The notes beneath the pieces are model-generated. The model was not told the DNA's origin. It did no database searches and saw nothing but the letters and a program-made list of their open reading frames with translations. A stretch of DNA of 64,000 nucleotides from a virus, in IMG/VR virus record IMGVR_UViG_3300033821_000019, positions 1 through 64,000 of that record; one strand, written 5' to 3'. This document shows positions 55,766-63,153 of this stretch, one piece after another (positions within the stretch are counted from its first letter, which is position 1; every line of letters starts with the position of its first letter). The position numbers and the translations under genes are program-made.

Positions 55766-56152
55766 TTAATTCCAAAAAGCCTTATGACGTAATTTTCTAA
55801 AAGCTCCGCTATACCCCTCAAAATTCACCGATTCTGGAACGACTAACCAAAACACTTTTGATTGCCTGTTCTGCTTGAAAAAGTTCTTGGCTTGCACCAT
55901 TTGTTCTTTGCGCAACTTCTTATCAGTCATGTCACCACATCCACGCACATAGCTACCACTTTTCACTATCTGGTTAAAAATGAGTGCTGCAAACACTTTT
56001 GGCGACTCTTTCAAGTCAGTGTGTTCGTTGCATAAATAGTCTTCATCAAAGAGCATGGTTTCAAGCTCTGCAACATTCTCAGGAGCCTTATTGAAAGCTA
56101 CCAAAAACGAGCATGAAGAACTATTACTTACGAATCCCGACCTGATTTTCAT
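55766..56152 (-). CDS. GFVSNSSS-motif protein 5
   Basis: MKIRSGFVSNSSSCSF. Confidence 0.78.
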   Translation of the reverse strand: MKIRSGFVSNSSSCSFLVAFNKAPENVAELETMLFDEDYLCNEHTDLKESPKVFAALIFNQIVKSGSYVRGCGDMTDKKLRKEQMVQAKNFFKQNRQSKVFWLVVPESVNFEGYSGAFRKLRHKAFWN

Positions 56153-56378
56153 TTTCCTGTCCCTTGTTTACCGTGTGCTCCAAATGGTACGGACATACTT
56201 CAGGCACACCGTCTGTAATCTTCATCAAACGCATCAAAGCAGCACATGTAATGTTGCCATCAGCCCAACGACGGTCATCCCGGTCACTCCAACCCCAACG
56301 CTGTTTGTTGTGGCACCATACACAAATTTCTTTGGTAATGGCGCTATTCGGAACAAATACCTTATCCTTCTTTGCCAT
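56124..56378 (-). CDS. Small Cys/His protein
   Basis: CVWC...C...CPYHLEH. Confidence 0.6.
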   Translation of the reverse strand: MAKKDKVFVPNSAITKEICVWCHNKQRWGWSDRDDRRWADGNITCAALMRLMKITDGVPEVCPYHLEHTVNKGQENENQVGIRK

Positions 56379-56434
56379 GACTATTTGCCTTTCTAAAACT
56401 CCCTTCAGTTGTATCGTTAAGGTGCTTCGTTTTT

Positions 56435-57070
56435 CTAAAGTTTCTCTACCGGCACTGATTCGGCTTTCTTCAAGAGCTTCTGAACGAAAGCCACGTAAGC
56501 CATATTATACGCGCCTTTGAAAGCAAGAGCAACTTTCTTCTGTTCTTCGTGGTCTGCCTCTCGATAAATCATGTCTTCCACTTCGCCCTCAATTCGTGTT
56601 TTATTAGCATGGTCATAATTGCCTTTGCCAGCCACGCCAGTTCCAAGATTTGCAATATGTTGTTTTATCGTTGCCTCAAACTTCTGTGGAATGTCTGGCA
56701 TCCAATGTGGGCATTCAGTATGAGCCACCACGCATTGATTGGTAAAAGTACAATAACCAGTACGACGCTTGCCTTGACGACCAACAGAGAATTCAAACAT
56801 GGCACAGTTATCACAACACCGCGCTACATCAGGGCAGAACTTGTTTTTGGCTGGCTTTTCTGCCATGACAAATGTGCCAACGCCGTCTCGTTCATCAACC
56901 AAATAGGCGCGTTGACCACACTGAACACACTTGTATTGTCCTTTCGTACTACCCCAACTGTTTTCTTCCGCAAGGAATGTCTGGCAATTCGGGCAATTAG
57001 CAACTTTGCATAAATTCGACTTCATAAGTACATCTGGGAAGAGGACGGAGTTTTCTGGCGTCTGCATCAT
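56435..57070 (-). CDS. Multi-Cys zinc-binding protein
   Basis: CPNC, CVQC, CCDNC, C...C, CPHW. Confidence 0.65.
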   Translation of the reverse strand: MMQTPENSVLFPDVLMKSNLCKVANCPNCQTFLAEENSWGSTKGQYKCVQCGQRAYLVDERDGVGTFVMAEKPAKNKFCPDVARCCDNCAMFEFSVGRQGKRRTGYCTFTNQCVVAHTECPHWMPDIPQKFEATIKQHIANLGTGVAGKGNYDHANKTRIEGEVEDMIYREADHEEQKKVALAFKGAYNMAYVAFVQKLLKKAESVPVEKL

Positions 57071-57175
57071 TTATGTAGCAAGAAGAGCAAAGACAAGCGT
57101 TAAAAGGACTGAGTATAAGCTTCCCTTTTTCAGTTTTGACTTTATACCAATTGCTTGTTTCCACGCGCCAATCTC

Positions 57176-57439
57176 CTATTGTAAATCTTTGAAGGAATCT
57201 GGACGCCAATAGACCTTATAGCTGTTCTTGTATTTGCCGCTTTGCTCACATTCATGGAGGCCCGGTTTCTCAATTCGGGACACGGTAGCTTGCGCTACAG
57301 GAACACCATCGAATTTGAAGTAGAGCGTATCACCGACTTGACACTTTGGCGGGAATCGGAAAGCCCAAAATTCTTCGAAACCGATTTGAGGTTCTGTCCA
57401 AAAGTGTTCACGGGCGGCTGCTGGTACGTTGATGTTCAT
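57176..57439 (-). CDS. ASCH/PUA-like small protein
   Basis: WAFR..PKCQVGDTLYF...VAQATV. Confidence 0.5.
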   Translation of the reverse strand: MNINVPAAAREHFWTEPQIGFEEFWAFRFPPKCQVGDTLYFKFDGVPVAQATVSRIEKPGLHECEQSGKYKNSYKVYWRPDSFKDLQ

Positions 57440-57486
57440 GCTTAAAATATCCCTAATGCTAGAAACATATAGCTTTACAAGTCATG

Positions 57487-58290
57487 CTATGCTTTCGCCC
57501 TTTTCTTCGGTTCAACATAGACCTGATTGAACTTAACCGCAATGCTTCTGAAAAAAGAAGGCAGCGAACTAATCGCCCTCTTCACATGCACTTCTGGAAT
57601 GTCTTTATAAAATGCCTCAGCTATACTTCCAGCAATACAGGCTTGTGTATCAGCATCACCACCAAGAGAAACAGCATTCCTGATTGTGTCTTCAAAATCA
57701 GTAGACTCCAAAAAGCAGATAATCGCTTCTGGCACTGACTCTTGACAACTCACCTTGAACGAATAAGTCGGCCTAATGTCGTCAAGCTTCCGGCTCAAAT
57801 CATAACCAAAAGTTCCCTCAATATATGTTTTGATGTCATCTTTGGTAGTGCCGGTACGAGCAAGGTAAATAGCAACGGCAGTAGATTGCGCACCCTTAAT
57901 ACCTTCTGGATGGTCATGGGTTACTTCTGCACTGGCCTTCGCGCCTTTAAGAACTTCATCAAGGCCATCATAAAACCAACCAACAGGACTCACACGCATG
58001 GCAGAACCATTGCCATAAGAATTGTAAGGCTGTGTCTTACCAGCACGCACCCAATTGCCAAAGGTGCTGCCATAACCGCGCTTCGGTTCTTTCCTGACGA
58101 ATTCATGGAAGAGCTTGACCAAAGATTCCTTAGTCATTAAGTGCTGAGCAACGGCAAGCGTCAATACCGTATCATCACTGAACGTAGGCAGCTTGCGCCT
58201 ATTGGTTGGGTAGAATTCAAAATCCTTAGATTTGATTGGCTCGAATTCAAAACTTACGCCTGCGATATCCCCTACAATTGCACCCCACAT
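57487..58290 (-). CDS. ADP-ribosylglycohydrolase (DraG/ARH family)
   Basis: GAIVGDIAG, SDDT, SYGNGSAMRVSP, THDHPEG, GGDADT. Confidence 0.93.
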   Translation of the reverse strand: MWGAIVGDIAGVSFEFEPIKSKDFEFYPTNRRKLPTFSDDTVLTLAVAQHLMTKESLVKLFHEFVRKEPKRGYGSTFGNWVRAGKTQPYNSYGNGSAMRVSPVGWFYDGLDEVLKGAKASAEVTHDHPEGIKGAQSTAVAIYLARTGTTKDDIKTYIEGTFGYDLSRKLDDIRPTYSFKVSCQESVPEAIICFLESTDFEDTIRNAVSLGGDADTQACIAGSIAEAFYKDIPEVHVKRAISSLPSFFRSIAVKFNQVYVEPKKRAKA

Positions 58291-58378
58291 TTTTATCTTC
58301 CTTTCTATTCTTCCTTTTCCTGTATCGTTAATTCAACCTACTTGTTCTAATCTTTTTTCAATTTTGTCAACATTAAAA

Positions 58379-58651
58379 TTATGCACGCGCCCCTTTGATT
58401 GTTTTTCCTTTTTCCAATTCCGGCAAAGGCTTGTTTGGTTTCAACTCAATCTGTTTTTTCTCATGTGAAAGCTGATAGGTTGCCGTTACGCCATCAAAAA
58501 TAGGATTCGGCATATATCCATCGTCATCAGTTTCATACCGGTGTTTATAGCAGAACTTAACGTTTTCCGGCAAATCAAATTCTTTTCGTAAAGCTTGCGC
58601 AACGTCTTCAGTGGTCAGTTCCAATGTTGCTGTTATCTTTTTTGTGCTCAT
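58379..58651 (-). CDS. Hypothetical protein
   Basis: 90-aa ORF, ATGA-coupled. Confidence 0.6.
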   Translation of the reverse strand: MSTKKITATLELTTEDVAQALRKEFDLPENVKFCYKHRYETDDDGYMPNPIFDGVTATYQLSHEKKQIELKPNKPLPELEKGKTIKGARA

Positions 58652-59010
58652 ATCTCTTCACCTTCTTCAAATGTCAATGGCTGCACGGTTACGTTTGGAA
58701 ATTGTTGTAATGTTTGTTGAATAGTAGCGGCACTAGCACACCACCAAGCGGCATATAGATTATAAGTGTAGTCTATATCCTGTTCACCAATGAACATATT
58801 ATCTTTACTTTTATCTCGAAATGTTACCCAAGGACAAGTGCTTGGTCTGTAATGAACTTTGATTTTATGAACCGAATAATCATCCTTCTTTTTGAAGAGC
58901 TTTTTCGGGTCTGTTTTGTTTGTGTAATGACGACAGAGGTTAATATCCGTAACCGTGAACTTGCCATTCAGGTCAAGATACTTGCCTTGATATTTGACTG
59001 TGTAAATCAT
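58648..59010 (-). CDS. Hypothetical protein
   Basis: 120-aa ORF, ATGA-coupled. Confidence 0.6.
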   Translation of the reverse strand: MIYTVKYQGKYLDLNGKFTVTDINLCRHYTNKTDPKKLFKKKDDYSVHKIKVHYRPSTCPWVTFRDKSKDNMFIGEQDIDYTYNLYAAWWCASAATIQQTLQQFPNVTVQPLTFEEGEEI

Positions 59011-59558
59011 GCCTTGTTTTCTCTAAATTTAACTACTGCTTCACAAAAAGTAATCAATTCTTCATCATTGATACCATTTCTCGCTAAATTTGCTAGATAA
59101 GAAATAAACCTCACATTCCCCTGCAAGTAGCCTTTCTTCGGGTCTATTCTATCCAAACTGGCTCTAAAAATTCTACTAGAATTATTTTTCCAACCAGCGG
59201 TAGTATTTGGCAATAATAACTGCAAACCCGATATACAACAAATTCCTTTTTGTTTTTCCCAAAGTTCCTTAATATATTCAAGAGTTAAATCTGTCGTTCC
59301 TTTTAGCAAACTTCTTTCTTTAGAAGTTTTCAAAAAATACCTAAATGGAGTAAATTCATCAGACTTATCGTATCCCTTCAACAGATTTTTTCCATCATAA
59401 ACTCGCGTTCCTATGTTTTGACTTTTGCCAGAACAGGAACGACTACAGAAATGTCTTCTTTTAAGAAGTTCACTTCTGCTGTATTCTATTGAACTTTTTT
59501 CAAATATTTTGCGACAACATGCACATTCTACTTTTACTTTCTTTCCTTTAATAGCCAT
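59007..59558 (-). CDS. Free-standing HNH/His-Me-finger endonuclease
   Basis: CACC...FCSRSC; QKGICCISG...SLDRIDPKKGYLQGNVRFISYLANLARN; start MAIKG after AAGGAGG. Confidence 0.8.
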   Translation of the reverse strand: MAIKGKKVKVECACCRKIFEKSSIEYSRSELLKRRHFCSRSCSGKSQNIGTRVYDGKNLLKGYDKSDEFTPFRYFLKTSKERSLLKGTTDLTLEYIKELWEKQKGICCISGLQLLLPNTTAGWKNNSSRIFRASLDRIDPKKGYLQGNVRFISYLANLARNGINDEELITFCEAVVKFRENKA

Positions 59559-59585
59559 AAGCACCTCCTTTATGCTTATGGCTAT
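59551..59585 (-). promoter_or_regulatory. 13-bp perfect hairpin occluding the endonuclease start codon
   Basis: AUAGCCAUAAGCA-uaaaggagg-UGCUUAUGGCUAU: SD in the loop, AUG in the stem. Confidence 0.7.
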
Positions 59586-59598
59586 ATAAAAGAATTAT
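59585..59598 (-). promoter_or_regulatory. Putative late promoter motif (ATAATTCTTTTATA)
   Basis: Abuts the 5' arm of the hairpin. Confidence 0.55.
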
Positions 59599-59616
59599 GA
59601 ATGCGACGGGAATTGC

Positions 59617-60299
59617 TGGTGGAGGTGGCGGGACATCTGTATCTTTGCTTTCACAAAGTATGGACTATTCCTTCATCTGGTTTTTATCCAGAGAGTGGCG
59701 TTTATGATTTCAATTCATGCTAATCCTTAAAAGGATTGCTTAAATTTATCCATCCTAGTGACGCCATGATTTTTCAATTTTAGGCGTTCTATGAGTCTCT
59801 AGACCATCGCCATGATTTCTCAATGGTTTTGGTACGGTGTTTTCATGGGTTATTCCTAACCTTTAGAATTCGCCGTTTGAGCCACTTTTTTGCGCAAGAA
59901 TCACTTCTTGCCTCGACAATTCCTTATCGAACCCGCGTCCTGAGATACTCCAAAGCAAGCGTCTACACGTTTAGTTGCAGATTTGGGACTTCGGTTTGAA
60001 ACTGGCTCTACAACGGCCATTCTCAATCCTATTCTGATTGTCTCACTTTTCAATTCCTCAGATGGTGGAACTGAAAGCCAGTCTGATTGGGTACGCAGTT
60101 ATAGGCATCCAGACGTAATCCCTATAACCACGTCGCTGGTGTTTAGGCAGCGATTTCAGCTACCTTGCGGAAGCTGAAGTCAACGTGTGTTACGTTGGCA
60201 GTTAGTTATTTTCCCCGGTGGATTTTACGTGGCCAACCTGAGAACTCCACGACATGCAGCTACGCCTCTCGGCAATCCAGTCGAAACCTGTTCACCCCC
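59617..60299 (-). ncRNA. ssrA: tmRNA interrupted by a group I intron
   Basis: 5' GGGGGUGAACAGGUUUCGAC; acceptor stem GGGGGUG/CACCUCC-ACCA with G3-U; T-arm GCGGG-UUCGAU|U-CCCGC; tag reading frame 60199-60143 encodes ANVTHVDFSFRKVAEIAA*. Confidence 0.93.
59634..59925 (-). mobile_element. Group I intron (292 nt, ORF-less) in the tmRNA T-loop
   Basis: P1 UUCGAU/GUCGAG with U-G at the splice site; P3 GUGGC/GCCAC; R-like CUAGAGACUC; S-like AAGGAAUAGUCC; P9 GAAA tetraloop; terminal G. Confidence 0.88.
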
Positions 60300-60333
60300 A
60301 TATTCAGCTTCAAAGAACCACTGTCACTTCCTC

Positions 60334-60343
60334 ATTATATCGT
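60334..60343 (-). promoter_or_regulatory. Putative tmRNA promoter, extended -10 (ACGATATAAT)
   Basis: TATAAT about 35 nt upstream of the mature tmRNA 5' end; matches the ACGATAYA class. Confidence 0.5.
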
Positions 60344-60361
60344 CATCTTTGCCAAATTCCA

Positions 60362-60814
60362 CTAATTTTCTTTGGGAAAAAACTTCAACGGCTTGAGCAA
60401 GTTCTTCTCTGGAACACTGTGAAAACCTTCGTATTTATGTTTTTCAAAAAGCTCGATTGGAAGTTTTTCATCTAACTCATTAAAATTACCAATGCCATAT
60501 TTGAACAAAGTTGCATCCACTATTTTATTATCAACGACCACCCACGCATGAAGAAGTTTGTCCAAGATTTCTTCTTTCTCGTGTTTGCCAGCGAATCCTT
60601 GCCAAACAAAATGATAGCTTGCCGACAGATAACCTACCCAATACACCGGCTCTTTGCCACGCTCTTTTTGTGCCCAATATTCCTTTCGCGCATTCTCAAA
60701 ACACCAACGAACTTCGCCTTTGGTAAACTGTTTTTCCATCACAGAAGGCATTGTTTCAGACAAAATACCTTTTGCCAATTTCAGTAACTCTTTTGCTATC
60801 AATAGTTTATACAT
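60362..60814 (-). CDS. Tagged protein, transglutaminase/papain-like core possible
   Basis: MYKLLIAKELLKLAKGILS; CFENA...HAWV...IVD.T (Cys-His-Asp pattern). Confidence 0.6.
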   Translation of the reverse strand: MYKLLIAKELLKLAKGILSETMPSVMEKQFTKGEVRWCFENARKEYWAQKERGKEPVYWVGYLSASYHFVWQGFAGKHEKEEILDKLLHAWVVVDNKIVDATLFKYGIGNFNELDEKLPIELFEKHKYEGFHSVPEKNLLKPLKFFPKEN

Positions 60815-60848
60815 AAATGGCTTTCTCACCCTCTCCACCACTACAGAA

Positions 60849-60862
60849 AATCAAAAAATTGT
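60849..60862 (-). promoter_or_regulatory. Putative late promoter motif (ACAATTTTTTGATT)
   Basis: Variant copy upstream of isolated tagged gene 60814. Confidence 0.45.
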
Positions 60863-60896
60863 TATAGAAATCAGTGAAAGTGACGATACAGTAAGT

Positions 60897-61395
60897 GTAG
60901 CAATTTGAAGGACGTGGATACCGAACCACAAATAAAAAAGCGGAAAGAATGTGATTGACTTTTTAGGATAAAGGAGATAGGTTTATGAACTGACCGTAAT
61001 CCCCGCCTGTGCAAGACCACTTCTCGCTGGCGTGCGGTGGTTCAAGGGGAAAATGAGAGCCAGAGCGCGGGTAATGTGAAACCGCGCAATGATGGAGTCT
61101 AAAAGCACAGAAAGCGTCAAGCGGACAAAAACTAGAGACTAACTGAAAGGTAAGGTGGGCCATGTAGCGCGAACCGAGTAGTGAACGCCAACTTAGATAC
61201 TAATTTTGAGACTTGATGCAACACTTTGCTTAGACACACAATACATGTGGCTAAAATTAGAAGGAAAGACGAACATGAACTGGCCTTAAGATGATTGTAA
61301 AAACACTCTTGCAAAATAATTTAGATTGAGAAAAAATTTAGCCGTTTAACGCCACAGTTTGACTACGGGACTACTGGCTAGGCATTCTACCGTAG
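60897..61395 (+). ncRNA. Candidate large structured non-coding RNA (~500 nt)
   Basis: No + strand ORF of 60 aa or more; bracketed by ACGATACAGT and a terminator; several stems (GCGCGG/CCGCGC, CTAATTTT/AAAATTAG, CTACGG/CCGTAG, TCCCC/GGGGA); ends approximate. Confidence 0.5.
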
Positions 61396-61396
61396 G

Positions 61397-61436
61397 AAAA
61401 AAGCCTTCCGAGCATAAAGCTTTGGAAGGCTTTTTT
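61397..61436 (+). terminator. Intrinsic terminator (possibly bidirectional)
   Basis: AAAAAAGCCTTCCGAGC...GCTTTGGAAGGCTTTTTT. Confidence 0.85.
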
Positions 61437-61479
61437 ATGCCTTGTATCTGTATATAATAAGTAGAGGAGACTTAAACCT

Positions 61480-61947
61480 ATGCCCATGCACATCATTGAA
61501 GGTAATCTACTTGAAGCCGAAGAGAGATTTATAGCGCACCAATGTAATTGTATCTCTATCGGCTCTGCTGGTCTGGCAAAATCCCTATTCAGAAAATTCC
61601 CTTACGCCAATGTTTACTGTACCAGAAAAAAGCGTGGCGAAGATAAAATGGGAACCATCACTGTTTGCGGCAATGGTTCTGGCAAGCGTTATGTGATTAA
61701 CATGTTTGCTCAATACAATCCGGGTGGTCCAGACAAAGGCAGAGACAGCCCCAAAGGACGGGAATTCTACTTTGCCCTTTGTTTACGCCAGATTGTATCA
61801 TATAATGCCATCACGCCAATTGTGAGCATAGCCTTCCCATTTAAAATAGGATGCGGTCTGGCAGGAGGTAGCTGGAACAATTATTTTAAGATGTTAAACG
61901 ATTTTTCTGATAAAAATGGCTTTGAAGTGACGATATACAAACTGTGA
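61480..61947 (+). CDS. Macro domain (ADP-ribose-processing) protein
   Basis: IIEGNLL, IAHQCNC...GLA, VINMFAQ, FPFKIGCGLAGGSW. Confidence 0.9.
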   Translation: MPMHIIEGNLLEAEERFIAHQCNCISIGSAGLAKSLFRKFPYANVYCTRKKRGEDKMGTITVCGNGSGKRYVINMFAQYNPGGPDKGRDSPKGREFYFALCLRQIVSYNAITPIVSIAFPFKIGCGLAGGSWNNYFKMLNDFSDKNGFEVTIYKL

Positions 61948-61971
61948 GAGCTTTTTAAGAAAGGGAAAGAA

Positions 61972-62484
61972 ATGGATTTTTTGGTACTGTCAAGATATGA
62001 GGTAGAGAGCGGAGAGCACATTCCACAAGGAGTGCCACACGTCGTTGTGTCTATTGGCAGTCCATATGACAAACAAGGCAGATTTGGCCTTCTTCTTAAA
62101 TACCCTTATCCTCAAGCTCGCATACCGCCCAATCCCAACTGCAAAGGCATTCTCCGGCTACAATTTTTGGATGCCACTGGAAGAGAATTTGGCCACATGT
62201 TTGGGATAGGTTATGAGGAAGGCGAACTTTTCAACGAGCAAATGGCACGGCAGGTTCTAAAGTTCATCCGTGGGCACAAGGATAAAGTAAATCTCATTGT
62301 CTGTCATTGTGAGGCTGGCGTAAGCAGAAGCGCGGCAACGGCTGCTGCTCTGTCAAAATGTTTCGGCCAGAGCGATATGGAATTCTATAAGGGCCGATTC
62401 CATCCGAATCCCTTGGTTTACCGCACTATTTTGAATGTTGCGCAGAAAATGGATATCTTCACTAAATTTGCTGTGACTGCCTGA
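61972..62484 (+). CDS. Protein-tyrosine/dual-specificity phosphatase-like protein
   Basis: CX5R motif HCEAGVSRS; PNPLV. Confidence 0.88.
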   Translation: MDFLVLSRYEVESGEHIPQGVPHVVVSIGSPYDKQGRFGLLLKYPYPQARIPPNPNCKGILRLQFLDATGREFGHMFGIGYEEGELFNEQMARQVLKFIRGHKDKVNLIVCHCEAGVSRSAATAAALSKCFGQSDMEFYKGRFHPNPLVYRTILNVAQKMDIFTKFAVTA

Positions 62485-62491
62485 AAGTCGT

Positions 62492-62836
62492 TTACCAGTT
62501 TTTGCTGCGTTTGGCTTTTGTGACAGAGCATTCAGGTCTAGTACGCACCCATTGAAGATAGTTGGCAATTTCTGGATGTTCTTGCAATGATTCGATAGTG
62601 TGATAATGCTTCACCAAGTTACGTTCACTGATTATGGCATGAACCATACGGTGACAGTCGCGGCAGAAATCAACCGTAATATGTTTCTCTTCTGTACTAA
62701 ATTTGTTTTTGACTGTCTTGCCATTATGAGTAGTGCGCGGTATCAAATGGTGTCTGTTTGTGGAAGAAACGGTACGCCCACACAACGAACAAATAGTAGC
62801 TTGGCAAACAGCCATTGAATTTGCCTCCACAAACAC
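62492..62836 (-). CDS. Small HNH endonuclease
   Basis: CSLCGR...HHLIPR...CRDCHRMVH. Confidence 0.8.
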   Translation of the reverse strand: MFVEANSMAVCQATICSLCGRTVSSTNRHHLIPRTTHNGKTVKNKFSTEEKHITVDFCRDCHRMVHAIISERNLVKHYHTIESLQEHPEIANYLQWVRTRPECSVTKAKRSKNW

Positions 62837-62866
62837 GTTGGTATCATACGATAAAATCAGCGTCTT

Positions 62867-63142
62867 TCAATACTTTTTCTTATGTTTGACGGAGAGCAAA
62901 AACATGTTGTACTTTCCAAAAACAAACATTGGCAATTTAATTACGATTGAAAATAACCACGCCACAAAAACAATAGGCCAAAACATACCTTTGAAAAACG
63001 GCGAGAAATCTTCCCATTCCTTTTCACACTTGAACAATTCTAAATGATATTCGATGATTGCGCCAACCAAATACCACGCAAAAAGCCATGCTGGATTTGG
63101 CAACATGGCCATTAACATTTCAATTACTAGACCGTCTTGCAT
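62867..63142 (-). CDS. Membrane protein
   Basis: Two hydrophobic segments. Confidence 0.6.
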   Translation of the reverse strand: MQDGLVIEMLMAMLPNPAWLFAWYLVGAIIEYHLELFKCEKEWEDFSPFFKGMFWPIVFVAWLFSIVIKLPMFVFGKYNMFLLSVKHKKKY

Positions 63143-63153
63143 GACACAAATCC

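Noticed and set aside
59983-60475. Short + strand ORFs over the tmRNA
   Set aside because: Antisense to a well-supported structural RNA.
60897-61395. RNase P RNA or a second group I intron (contains CTAGAGACTA)
   Set aside because: No GAGGAAAGTCC or matching 3' RNase P motif; no convincing S element, P1 or flanking exons found.
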